This document shows, one piece after another, positions 22,489-31,658 of a stretch of 64,000 nucleotides of DNA. The notes beneath the pieces were generated by a model. It had not been told where the DNA came from and did not search any database. It worked only from the letters and a program-made list of their open reading frames with translations. Within the stretch, counting starts at the first letter, position 1. Each line of letters begins with the position of its first letter. The DNA is taken from assembly GCA_963707915.1 (NCBI GenBank), contig OY970178.1, positions 256,001 through 320,000 on the forward strand, in the 5' to 3' direction. The translations under genes and the position numbers were made by a program. The DNA is from Candidatus Eiseniibacteriota bacterium (GTDB lineage Bacteria > Eisenbacteria > RBG-16-71-46).

Positions 22489-24654
22489 CTAGAAGTGGAC
22501 GATCGCCTTGAGCTGCACGACCCGCTCGCTCTCGAGCGCCTTCTCGGCGGCCGCGATCTTCGGGCCCAGCCCGTAGTAGTTGTCGTGCGCGGTGGCGCCG
22601 CTGGCGCCGCGCGCGAACAGGAACACGTCACGGCCGATGTCGGCGTAGTCGTTCAGCACGTCGTCGATGACCCAGGGATCCACGCCGAAACCGAGAGCGA
22701 GGCTCGCGCCCGGGGCGAACGTCCAGGTGCAGTCGGCGAAGTTGCTCAGGTAGCCCGAGGTCAGCCCCAGGAACGGGGCGTCGTACTTCACCCAGCGCAG
22801 GTCGGTGCCGATGCGGCAGGTCCGGGTCAGGTCGAGGCCGAGCTGGAAGCGGTACTCCGCGTACTTGGGGCGCCGGTCCAGCGCCTCGGTCTCGAACGTG
22901 CCCTTCCAGCGGAAGAGCCCGTTGCGCCGGGCCAGCAGCGGGACCTCGAGCACCGGCCGGATCCGCAGGGCGTCGGCGCCGCCGAGCATCACCATGCGGT
23001 CCACGCTGACGACGTGCTCGGTGCGCTCCAGCCAGAAGTTGCCGTCGGGGAACCAGAACTGGTAGCCCCACGGAGTGCGGGGGTCGTAGTCGAACCGCGT
23101 GTACTCGACCCCCAGCGCGGTCTTGACCTCGCGGCCGAGGTAGTAGCGCCAGTTGCGGTCCCAGTCGAGCCGCGCCACGGTCATCGAGTTCGAGATGCCG
23201 TCCAGGATGATGTGGTACGCGTGGGTCTCGTGTTCGAGCTCGGCGCGCACCAGGACGTCGCCGTGCGATTCGGCCCAGGTGCCGCCGACCAACCAGCGGC
23301 CGCTCCGGTCGAGGTCGAAACTCTCCGCGCTGGTGCCGTTCCCGCTGTCGCGCACGGCGGTGTACGACGTCACGCCGTTCGCGTCGGCGCCGGTGACCAC
23401 GAAGTCGTTCCAGTAGGTGAATTGCCCCGGCATGTAGGTCAGGCGCCGGGTGCCGGCCAGGTACTCGGCGTAGCCCCCGAACCCGCGCGGGCCGTCCCAG
23501 CTCAACTCACCGCCGAGGGCGTACCACGCCTGGTCGAAGCACTGGGTGTACGACTTGAAGGTGAGCGGGCCGGTGACGACGTTGAAGATCCCGGCACCCA
23601 GGTCGAAGCCGCGCTGGGAGCGGCCGAGCAGGCCGGCCCGGAAGCCGCGGCCCAGCGAACGGCGCAGCCGGAACGCGAACATGTCGGCGTTCTGGTCCGA
23701 GGTGTTGACGCGCAGCACTCCCGGCGCCCGCCACGGGGCCAGCGCGTAGCCGCCGGCGGAGGGCACGGTGCGCAGGCTGTCGAACGCCGTCTGGGAGAGC
23801 GGGAAGACGTCCTTGTAGCCGCTCGCGAAGTTGGGATAGTCGATGCCGCCCACCTGGAAGTTGTCCGCGTACATCGCCTCGCCGTCGAACCCGTAGAGCT
23901 GCGAGGCGATCTTGAAGCCCTGCCGGTCGTAGCCGTAGGGGTGCTGGTAGATGCCGATGGAGCCGACCAGGTGCATGGGGTCGTCCCAGGTGCCCACGGT
24001 CTCGTGGTCCCAGCCGAGGATCTGCAGCTTGCCCTTGGCGAACTGCAACGAGCCGCGATCGAAGGTCAGGCTGGTGCGGTAGTCCTGCGCCGACTGCTTC
24101 TCGCTGTTGATGTTGGTCAGGACGTGGGCCCGGAGCACGTCCGAGACGCGGATGTCGAATCCCAGGTCGGTGTCGAACTCGGGCCGGCGCAGCTCGTAGC
24201 GGCGCGTGACCGGGTTGTGCACGTCCTGGAACAGGCCGATCATGCGGCCGCCGATCAGGATCTTGGAACTGTAGGGGGAGTTCGCGGTGGCCGGGGCCGC
24301 GCCCAGGTTGCCGTCCGTGCCGACGCGGACCACGCTGTTCCCCATGTCGCCGGCGGTCGCGCTGTTCTCGGGGTCGGCCACCCACTGGCCGTCCACCACG
24401 AGCTTGTACTGGTGCTCGCCGGCCGGCAGCGGGATCACGACGCTCCAGACGCCGCTCGCGCCCTTCGCGAGCGGCGCGGCGGTCGTGGACCAGCCGTTGA
24501 ACTCGCCCGCCCAGGCGACGGTCCCGGCGTTGGGGTCGGTGTAGGTGAACCGGATGCCGCCCGTGGCCTTCTCGGGCGCAGCCGGAGCCCCGGGGGCCAG
24601 GACGGCCAGGCCCGCCAGCGCGAGCAGCACGGTCAGGGTTACGCGCTTCATCAT
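22489..24654 (-). CDS. Outer-membrane beta-barrel protein with N-terminal CBM48 domain
   Basis: GGAG RBS; signal MMKRVTLTVLLALAGLAVLAPGAPA; WAGEFNGW...YKLVVDGQWVADPEN; alternating amphipathic strands; C-terminal VQLKAIVHF beta-signal. Confidence 0.75.
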   Translation of the reverse strand: MMKRVTLTVLLALAGLAVLAPGAPAAPEKATGGIRFTYTDPNAGTVAWAGEFNGWSTTAAPLAKGASGVWSVVIPLPAGEHQYKLVVDGQWVADPENSATAGDMGNSVVRVGTDGNLGAAPATANSPYSSKILIGGRMIGLFQDVHNPVTRRYELRRPEFDTDLGFDIRVSDVLRAHVLTNINSEKQSAQDYRTSLTFDRGSLQFAKGKLQILGWDHETVGTWDDPMHLVGSIGIYQHPYGYDRQGFKIASQLYGFDGEAMYADNFQVGGIDYPNFASGYKDVFPLSQTAFDSLRTVPSAGGYALAPWRAPGVLRVNTSDQNADMFAFRLRRSLGRGFRAGLLGRSQRGFDLGAGIFNVVTGPLTFKSYTQCFDQAWYALGGELSWDGPRGFGGYAEYLAGTRRLTYMPGQFTYWNDFVVTGADANGVTSYTAVRDSGNGTSAESFDLDRSGRWLVGGTWAESHGDVLVRAELEHETHAYHIILDGISNSMTVARLDWDRNWRYYLGREVKTALGVEYTRFDYDPRTPWGYQFWFPDGNFWLERTEHVVSVDRMVMLGGADALRIRPVLEVPLLARRNGLFRWKGTFETEALDRRPKYAEYRFQLGLDLTRTCRIGTDLRWVKYDAPFLGLTSGYLSNFADCTWTFAPGASLALGFGVDPWVIDDVLNDYADIGRDVFLFARGASGATAHDNYYGLGPKIAAAEKALESERVVQLKAIVHF

Positions 24655-24683
24655 CGGTCTCCGCAGGCCTCCGGCCCCATCGG

Positions 24684-26216
24684 CTAGAAGTAGCCCTTCA
24701 GGATGAATTTCACGAGGTCCGTCTGGTCGCCACTGCCCTGGAGGTTGCCCTCGTCCACCGGGGTCGGGCTGTTGCCGATCCAGTCGGGTCCGTACTGCAG
24801 GTACATCTCCACGTTCCCGGTGGGGCGGTACTGCAACTGGGTGAAGACGGCCTTGCGCAGGATGGTGGCGTCGTTGCCGAAGGCGAAGCGGTTGTAGACC
24901 TTCAGCGCGTTGGTCAGGTTCACGGAGTTCTCGACGGCGTAGAGCTGCTTGTGCTCGGGCCGTCCCACGTTCTTGACCATCGCCTCCACCCGCAGCCAGG
25001 CGAGCTTGCTCTCGACCTGGACCTCGCCGAACCAGTCGTTGTAGTCCTCGCGGGCGGGCACGCCCATGACCTGGCGGTACTCGCTCCGCTGCCGGTAATA
25101 GGTCTTGCCGGTGAAGCCGTTGACGAACTCGATGTAGAGCTCGTTGTAGATCTGGTGCACCCGGTAGCGGCTGGTGGCGTAGCTGGAGTAGCCCAGCAGC
25201 TCGTTGGTGTAGGTGATGGCGCGCTCGGGCAGCAGGTAGTAGTTGTGGAGCTTGAACCCGGTCTCGTCGCGGCCCGGCTCGCCCTGCCCGTTCTGCCACT
25301 TCGCGCCGCGGGTCCAGTAGGTGGGGATGCAGTTCAGCGTCCCCAGCACCGGGAGCGTCAGGCGCAGCGTGCGGACCTCGGCCTGCAACACGTCCCGGTC
25401 GGGGAAGGCGATGCCGGTGGAGGTGCGGAACACCGTGACCTTGCGGCGCAGTTCCTCGGGGTACTGCACGGTGGGATCGGTGCCCTGGCTGGTGCCGTAC
25501 TCGAGCATGAAGTCCTGGCCGAGCCACTTGTAGCGGCCCGCCAGGCCGAAGATCTCGTTGCGGTCGCGGGTGCCGGCCTGGTTGTTCTCCCGCCGGCTCC
25601 AGGTGAACCCCAGCCGCAGCCGCTGGTCCTTGAAGAAGTCGCGGCGCACGCGGGCCAGGTAGATGTCGTCCGTCTTCAGCGGGTCGAGGCTGTTGTTGTA
25701 CTGGTCGCTGTAGTCGCCGACCAGGAACCAGGTGCTGAACCCGCCGTAGCCCCAGGTGTCGAAGCGCACGCCCTGCCCGCCGCCGTACCCGTTGATGAAG
25801 CGGATCAGGTACTGGTCCCAGGTGGGGAAGCGGTCCTGCTTCGAGTAGACGTAGGTGTCCATGCCGCGCTTGCCCTGCTCGCGGCGGAAGCGCATGTGCG
25901 CCTCGTTGAACTGGAACACCGGCCGCGCCGTGTTGTTGGAGCCGCTGTTCCAGTCCGCCGTGGCCTTCACGAAGGCCTCGATCCCCGGCCGGGGCTGGGA
26001 GAAGACCCGCAGTTCCACCGGGTCCCAGTTCTCGTCGCTGTTGCTGTTCCAGTCCCAGGGGAAGACCCGCCCGGTCTTGCGCAGGTCCATCATGAGCTGG
26101 TACTGGCCCTCGAGCTTGGTGAGCGCGTGCGCGGCGCCCGCCGCCAGCATCACGCACAGCGCGAGGCCGGCGGCCGACGCGAGCCGGGCCGCTCCGGGCG
26201 GCCGCCGCGCGCTCAC
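24684..26216 (-). CDS. Outer-membrane beta-barrel protein of unknown family
   Basis: Signal ending AAHA; aromatic-rich amphipathic strands; ends VKFILKGYF. Confidence 0.75.
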   Translation of the reverse strand: MSARRPPGAARLASAAGLALCVMLAAGAAHALTKLEGQYQLMMDLRKTGRVFPWDWNSNSDENWDPVELRVFSQPRPGIEAFVKATADWNSGSNNTARPVFQFNEAHMRFRREQGKRGMDTYVYSKQDRFPTWDQYLIRFINGYGGGQGVRFDTWGYGGFSTWFLVGDYSDQYNNSLDPLKTDDIYLARVRRDFFKDQRLRLGFTWSRRENNQAGTRDRNEIFGLAGRYKWLGQDFMLEYGTSQGTDPTVQYPEELRRKVTVFRTSTGIAFPDRDVLQAEVRTLRLTLPVLGTLNCIPTYWTRGAKWQNGQGEPGRDETGFKLHNYYLLPERAITYTNELLGYSSYATSRYRVHQIYNELYIEFVNGFTGKTYYRQRSEYRQVMGVPAREDYNDWFGEVQVESKLAWLRVEAMVKNVGRPEHKQLYAVENSVNLTNALKVYNRFAFGNDATILRKAVFTQLQYRPTGNVEMYLQYGPDWIGNSPTPVDEGNLQGSGDQTDLVKFILKGYF

Positions 26217-27166
26217 CGGGCCCTCCGGCCGCTGAGCGGGACCAGCACGCTGACGCGGTAGGAGGCGCCGAGGTCGTGGTTGGTGGTGACCGCCGCGTCC
26301 ACGTAGTAGCCCTGGTGGAAGACGCCGAAGCCGCCGGTGTACTGGAAGTCCCCGGGCCAGCCGTTGGACTGTACGATCGGCCGCAGGTTGGTGAGGCCGG
26401 AGCGCACCGCGAAGACATCGTAGAAGAGGATCTCGAACCCGAGGTTCAGCGAACTCCGCGTGCGGTCCACCTGCGACCAGGCGGCCGTGACGGTGGACTC
26501 CTTGTTCCAGCGCAGCGCGGCGGCGAACTCGCTGCGGAACGGCACCGGGCCGCCGCCGGAGCCGGGGATGAACTCGAAGCGCGGCGCGAGCAGATCGCGC
26601 CCCACCCAGGCCAGGTCCACGCGCCAGGGCGTGGTCCAGAGCAGCCCGGCGTCGAGCGAGCCCTTGGACTGCGAGCCGTAGTCCACCCGCATCCCGGCGT
26701 CCGCCGCGGCAAAGGCGGCGACGTCGAACGGTTGGAGGCCCACCCGCTCGAACTTGAAGGTGGCGCCCGCCGCCAGCCGGTGCCCGCGGCCGAAGTCGCG
26801 CACCCTGCGCCCGGCCGAGACGCTCAGCAGGTCCTCGGCGTAGGCGTCCGCGATGCCGAGCCGGTGCCAGCCCAGCGCCCAGCCGGTCCCCCGGTACCGC
26901 GACCCGACCAGCAACGCGCCCTCGGAGAGGTCCTGCACGCCGTAGGGCCGGCAGTAGTCGGTGAACACCTGGGTGCCGCCGAGGTCCGCGAGCCCCGCCG
27001 GATTCCAGTAGCCCGCGGTCACGTCGCGGATGCTGGCCAGCGCCGAGAAGCCCAGCGAGACGCCGCGCGAGCCCACCGCGGTCTCCTCGAAGTAGGCCGC
27101 GGCGGGGCGCACCGCGATCGCGGCCGCGAGGCCGAGGGCGAGCGCGGCGATGCGGGCGGTCCTCAA
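26213..27166 (-). CDS. PorV/PorP-like (FadL-fold) beta-barrel, T9SS shuttle-like
   Basis: TTGA overlap with upstream gene; signal peptide; GSRGVSLGFSALA..DVTAGYWNPAGLA hallmark; ends HDLGASYRVSV. Confidence 0.75.
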   Translation of the reverse strand: MRTARIAALALGLAAAIAVRPAAAYFEETAVGSRGVSLGFSALASIRDVTAGYWNPAGLADLGGTQVFTDYCRPYGVQDLSEGALLVGSRYRGTGWALGWHRLGIADAYAEDLLSVSAGRRVRDFGRGHRLAAGATFKFERVGLQPFDVAAFAAADAGMRVDYGSQSKGSLDAGLLWTTPWRVDLAWVGRDLLAPRFEFIPGSGGGPVPFRSEFAAALRWNKESTVTAAWSQVDRTRSSLNLGFEILFYDVFAVRSGLTNLRPIVQSNGWPGDFQYTGGFGVFHQGYYVDAAVTTNHDLGASYRVSVLVPLSGRRAR

Positions 27167-28458
27167 CGCACCACCACCACGGCGCGGGTCTGCCGGCTCA
27201 GGTTGGGCTCGATGACCAGCCGCACGACGTAGACCCCGGGAGGCACGATCTGGCCCGACGCGTCCCGGCCATCCCAGGTGTCCAGCGCCGGGGCGACGTA
27301 GCAGCCCGGGCAGCCCGCGCTGACCCTGCGCTGGTTGCTGATGTACAGGTTGCGCACGAAGCGGCCGCGCATGTCGAAGACGTTCGCGGTGAGATCCATC
27401 GTGCGCTCGGGGTCGTTCGGGCCGAGGCGCGGCGTGATGTCGAAGCGGAAGTCGAGCCGCTCTCCGCGATCGGGGGCGAACGCCGGGCGGCTGAACTCGA
27501 GCTCGGCGAGCCCGAAGCGCACGGGCACGATCGGGACCGGGAAACGGAAGCGGAAGCGCCCCGGCTCCAGGCGGTCGGTCGGCGAGACGCCCCAGTCCGG
27601 GAAGCCGTCCGGGGCGCCGCGCCCGGGGCCCACGTCGTCCTTCAGGTCGAGGGCGATCTCGGCGAAGTTGTCGATGTAGACGAAGGCGGAGCCGTCGCTG
27701 GTGTGGCCGCGCGTGTTGTCGGGGGCCGAATCGGGGCCGCCGGTGTTGTCCCCGCCGGCCGTGATGGCGGCGCAGAGCTTGAGCCGGCGCTGCCCGGGCG
27801 GGAACCAGCGCAGCGTGTCGGTCCGGCCGCCGACCGTGACCACCGAGTCGCGCGTCTCGGGATCGTTCGCGAACACCACCTTCCAGGGGATCGCCATCTC
27901 CATCGCGCGGCCGTCGCGGTCCTGGGAGAACGTCGAAGCGGCGCTGAACGGCCCGCTGCCGACCTGCTGGTCGGTCACCTGCGTCCCGCCGTTCGCGATG
28001 ACGAGGTGGGGGGTCGGGTTGTTGTCCCAGGTCGCCCCGAACAGGTCGGGCGCGAAATCGTTGTCGTGCGCCGCGTCCGACACGTCGAAGCTGAAGTTGC
28101 GCGACCAGGAGTTGAGGCCGCTCATCGTGGTCAGGCCCTGGCCCGGGATCGCGTCCACCCAGATCACGAGGTTGTTGCCCCAGATCTTCGCTTCGCCCGC
28201 GAGGTAGAGGCTGTCCGCGTCCCAGGTGACCAGGACCTGGGTGACGTCGTTGTTGACCCCCCACTTCGAATCGTCGATCGGTTCTTCGGGCAGCTTCAGG
28301 GTCGCGTTGTAGCCGAAGATCCGCTCGTCCGCGGCCCAGTCGCTGGTGGCGCCGTCGATGACGATGCGCTGGCCCATGTCGCGGGCGGTCGTGGCGCCGA
28401 GCGGGGAGGGGAGCAGGAGTGGGAGCAGCAGGAAGGGGGCGGCCAGCGCGCGTCTCAT
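27163..28458 (-). CDS. Secreted DOMON/CBM9-like protein with FlgD-like CTD
   Basis: IVIDGATSDW...VTWDADSLYL...EMAIPW; VFDMRGRFVRNL...WDGRDASGQIVPPGVY. Confidence 0.75.
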   Translation of the reverse strand: MRRALAAPFLLLPLLLPSPLGATTARDMGQRIVIDGATSDWAADERIFGYNATLKLPEEPIDDSKWGVNNDVTQVLVTWDADSLYLAGEAKIWGNNLVIWVDAIPGQGLTTMSGLNSWSRNFSFDVSDAAHDNDFAPDLFGATWDNNPTPHLVIANGGTQVTDQQVGSGPFSAASTFSQDRDGRAMEMAIPWKVVFANDPETRDSVVTVGGRTDTLRWFPPGQRRLKLCAAITAGGDNTGGPDSAPDNTRGHTSDGSAFVYIDNFAEIALDLKDDVGPGRGAPDGFPDWGVSPTDRLEPGRFRFRFPVPIVPVRFGLAELEFSRPAFAPDRGERLDFRFDITPRLGPNDPERTMDLTANVFDMRGRFVRNLYISNQRRVSAGCPGCYVAPALDTWDGRDASGQIVPPGVYVVRLVIEPNLSRQTRAVVVVR

Positions 28459-28503
28459 GCGGTCCTCGGGTCACGGTGGGCGAGAACACGCACCGTGCCA
28501 CGC

Positions 28504-28532
28504 ATAATGCCCGCCGGCCTGCGGAGGGTCAA
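28504..28532 (-). promoter_or_regulatory. Putative sigma70 promoter for the leftward operon
   Basis: TTGACC-N17-CATTAT on the minus strand upstream of 28458. Confidence 0.45.
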
Positions 28533-28589
28533 GTCCCGGGGCCCGATCGCGGACGCGGCCGCGCGCCCCTGCGGGGCGCCGGTCCGTGG

Positions 28590-28619
28590 TTGCCGGGGTC
28601 GCGATGCGCGGAATATAAT
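28590..28619 (+). promoter_or_regulatory. Putative sigma70 promoter
   Basis: TTGCCG-N18-TATAAT upstream of 28743. Confidence 0.5.
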
Positions 28620-28742
28620 CAGGCGGCCTGACCGCTCCCGTGCCGCAGGTTTCGCGGCCGGGCCGGCATGCGCCCGATCGGGCTCGGCGCGCTGCCGGAT
28701 CGTCGTGCTCCCAAGGGACCGCCCGGCTGGAGACTCCCCGCG

Positions 28743-31241
28743 ATGAGACTGCTACGCCCCCTGCTCCTGGCCTCCTGCCTCCTGGTCGCTGCCGCGCCGG
28801 CGCTCGCCTACGACGCGCAGACCATCACGGTGGACGGCGTCAACGACTTCGTGCCCTCGAACCTGGTGAGGGACGACCGCTACGACACGCAGCGCTTCTT
28901 CTGCTCGCCCGACTCGGTCTTCCCGCTCGACATCGGACGGGTGTTCGTGACCAACGACAACAACTTCCTGTACATCGGCTTCGACTGGCCGCACAAGTGG
29001 AACTGCTACGACAAGAGCCCGAAGCCGAACCTCGGCATCGCCATCGACGTCAACACCGCGGCCGGCGGCACGACCGACCCGTGGGGGCGCAAGATCGGCT
29101 GGGCGAACGTCCCGAACAAGCCCGACTTCGTGGTCTACGACGTGCCGAAGAACCCGGAGGACGCCTACCACTTCCAGGTGATGTACAAGTGGACCGGTAC
29201 GGCGTGGGGCGACAGCACGAGGCTGGTGAACGGCGTGGGCTCGGGCCCGAACGCGCTGGGCATGGTGGACACCACCGGCTTCGTCGAGTTCAGGCTGCCG
29301 CTCGCGGCGCTGGGCGTCACCTCGGGTGCGCAGCTCAACCTGGAGTGGTGGTACACCCAGGACGGCGGCAACAAGGGCCCGCTCGACGCGGCCATGAGCA
29401 GTGACGTGCAGATGTCGAGTTTCCCGAGCCGGACGGCGTGGGACACGACGGTGGTCGTGCAGATGACCGCCATGGCCCCGTACACCGTGCTGGCCTTCAA
29501 CGACGTCACCCCGCCCACGGTGAGCCAGGCGGTGGCGGCGAACTTCCCGCTGCTGGCCGACAAGCAGTTCGGCCTGAGCACCAACAAGATCGACGTGACC
29601 TTCAACGAGCCGGTGGAGCAGGCCTCGGCGAACATCGCGGCCAACTACGTCTTCAGCGGCCCGGTCTCGCGCACCGTCATCGCGGCCTCCCGCGACCTTG
29701 CCGCACCGACCGTCGTGCACCTGCTGCTCACGTCGGCCATCCAGGCGAACGCCGCCTTCTACAACATCACCGTGAACAACGTGAGGGACCTGGCCAGCAA
29801 CACCATCGTGTCGGATGGCATCACCAACGTGGGCTCGTTCTTCATCCAGGACCTGGTCTTCAACGTCGATCCCGCCGTGGCGCTCTGCCGGGCCACGGTC
29901 GCGGCCGGCGACACGTTCGCGGTCGAGGGGAGCCTGGCGCCCCTGACCATGGCCAGCCTGTGCGACAACGGCCTGATGTACGACGGCGACGCGAACCTGG
30001 TCTGGAGCACGACCGTACCCTTCGCGATGCCGAAGAACGCCGTCAGCGGCAAGGCGGAGGCCGACCTCGAGTACAAGTACTCGCACAAGTGCGGCTTCGA
30101 GAGCGGCGCCAACCGCACCTACCACCTGTCCAGCGACAACGGCGCGAGCGTGCCACTGACCGACGCCTGGAACCGGGACAACCCGGCGGACTTCACGGCC
30201 CAGGCGGTGGACGTGATCTTCCAGGTGAACGCCGCGCGGGTCACGCCGACGCCGGCCGATACGATCTACCTGCAGGGGAACGAGTCGCCGTTGAGCTTCA
30301 CGCCCGCCGGGCTGGCGATGGCGGACGACGGCGTGGCTCCCGACCTGGCCGCGGGGGACGGCATCTACACGCGGAAGGTGCGTTTCCCGAGGTGCGCGCG
30401 GAAGAACGCCGAGTGGAAGGTCTTCTACCGGGGCGCGTTCGAGTGCTTCCAGCAGGGCAACCGAACGGTCTGGATCAACGATGCCGCCTACGACACGGTG
30501 GGCGGGGCGATGGGGCCGCTCTGGCTGCCGGCCCGCGGCATCGAGCGCTGCTCGGTGACGGACAAGCCGGTGACGGTGGTGTTCAGCGTGAGCATGTTCC
30601 CCCAGCCGCCGGCCGCGGACACCGTGGCGGTGCTGGGCAGCATCGCCCCCCTGGTGTGGGATCTGCCCATCGTCTCGCAGGCCCGCCTGAACGACGCGGG
30701 GGTGGCGTTCGACCAGGTGGCGGGCGACCGCCTCTGGACCGCCGGCGTCACCTTCCCGGACAGTTCGAACCTGAACCTGGAGTTCAAGTTCTGGCACAAC
30801 GGCATCCTCGAGTGCTTCGGGATGGGCAACCGGACCATGACCCTCGACGACGTGCTCTACTCCACGGCGACGCCCCAGGTGCGGCCGCCGAGCGTCTGGG
30901 ACTACTGCAGTGACGCCACGACCGGGGTGCTGGACGGACCGCGTCCGCAGGAGCCGCCGGCGGGCTTCGCGGTGCTCAACCAGAGCTTCCCCAACCCGAT
31001 GAGCCCGCGCACCACGATCCGCTTCGACCTCAGGCGCGCCGGCGTGGTGACGCTGTCGGTCTACGACGTGACGGGGCGGCGGGTCGCCACGCTGGTGAGC
31101 GGCGAACTCCAGGCCGGCCCGCACGACGTGCGCTGGGACGGCCGGGACGACGTCGGCAACCGGCTGCGCAGCGGCGTGTACCTCTGCGAGCTGGCCATGG
31201 GCAAGGACCGCCTCAGTCGCCGGATCGTGATCACGCGGTAA
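28743..31241 (+). CDS. Secreted non-catalytic multi-module protein (DOMON-like, Ig-like, three CBM20-like modules) with FlgD/T9SS-like CTD
   Basis: Signal MRLLRPLLLASCLLVAAAPALA; EYKY..FESGANR, EWKV..FECFQQGNR, EFKF..LECFGMGNR; DDGVAPDLAAGDGIYT; SFPNP...YDVTGRRV...WDGRD. Confidence 0.78.
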   Translation: MRLLRPLLLASCLLVAAAPALAYDAQTITVDGVNDFVPSNLVRDDRYDTQRFFCSPDSVFPLDIGRVFVTNDNNFLYIGFDWPHKWNCYDKSPKPNLGIAIDVNTAAGGTTDPWGRKIGWANVPNKPDFVVYDVPKNPEDAYHFQVMYKWTGTAWGDSTRLVNGVGSGPNALGMVDTTGFVEFRLPLAALGVTSGAQLNLEWWYTQDGGNKGPLDAAMSSDVQMSSFPSRTAWDTTVVVQMTAMAPYTVLAFNDVTPPTVSQAVAANFPLLADKQFGLSTNKIDVTFNEPVEQASANIAANYVFSGPVSRTVIAASRDLAAPTVVHLLLTSAIQANAAFYNITVNNVRDLASNTIVSDGITNVGSFFIQDLVFNVDPAVALCRATVAAGDTFAVEGSLAPLTMASLCDNGLMYDGDANLVWSTTVPFAMPKNAVSGKAEADLEYKYSHKCGFESGANRTYHLSSDNGASVPLTDAWNRDNPADFTAQAVDVIFQVNAARVTPTPADTIYLQGNESPLSFTPAGLAMADDGVAPDLAAGDGIYTRKVRFPRCARKNAEWKVFYRGAFECFQQGNRTVWINDAAYDTVGGAMGPLWLPARGIERCSVTDKPVTVVFSVSMFPQPPAADTVAVLGSIAPLVWDLPIVSQARLNDAGVAFDQVAGDRLWTAGVTFPDSSNLNLEFKFWHNGILECFGMGNRTMTLDDVLYSTATPQVRPPSVWDYCSDATTGVLDGPRPQEPPAGFAVLNQSFPNPMSPRTTIRFDLRRAGVVTLSVYDVTGRRVATLVSGELQAGPHDVRWDGRDDVGNRLRSGVYLCELAMGKDRLSRRIVITR

Positions 31242-31408
31242 GCGGGGGAGGGCGCGGAGGCACACCGGGAGGGCGCCCGCCCCGGGGCGGGCGCCTTCCC
31301 CTTCCCGGGTCGGCCGGCGCCTCGGGCCGGGTGAAATGCCCCGCGCGAGGTCGGCGCCGCGGCGAGTCTCCCGTGGCTGGCCGGGGCGAAGACGCGGTGT
31401 CCGGCGTC

Positions 31409-31437
31409 TTGGAAGGCGTCCGCGCTCCTGATACAAT
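31409..31437 (+). promoter_or_regulatory. Putative sigma70 promoter with extended -10
   Basis: TTGGAA-N17-TACAAT with TG one base before the -10 box. Confidence 0.55.
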
Positions 31438-31658
31438 CGTACGGCGTTCGTCCGGGATGGCGTGCGGACGGCCTTCCGGTTGGTCGCTGGCCCTGGGGAG
31501 GTGTCGCTCTACGGTCCTGACGGCTGCACCTGCCTGCGGAACGGATCTCACATCACTGCACTCGCTCACGTTCTTCGGAACGGGTCCCGTACGGCCACAC
31601 GGGTCTGGCCGCCGACGGGGCCATGCTGGATCCCGTCCGACCCGGTGGAGACTCCTCG

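Noticed and set aside
24655..26418. 1309-aa version of the CBM48-barrel
   Set aside because: Upstream part is an off-frame read of the neighbouring barrel gene; RBS and signal peptide start at 24654
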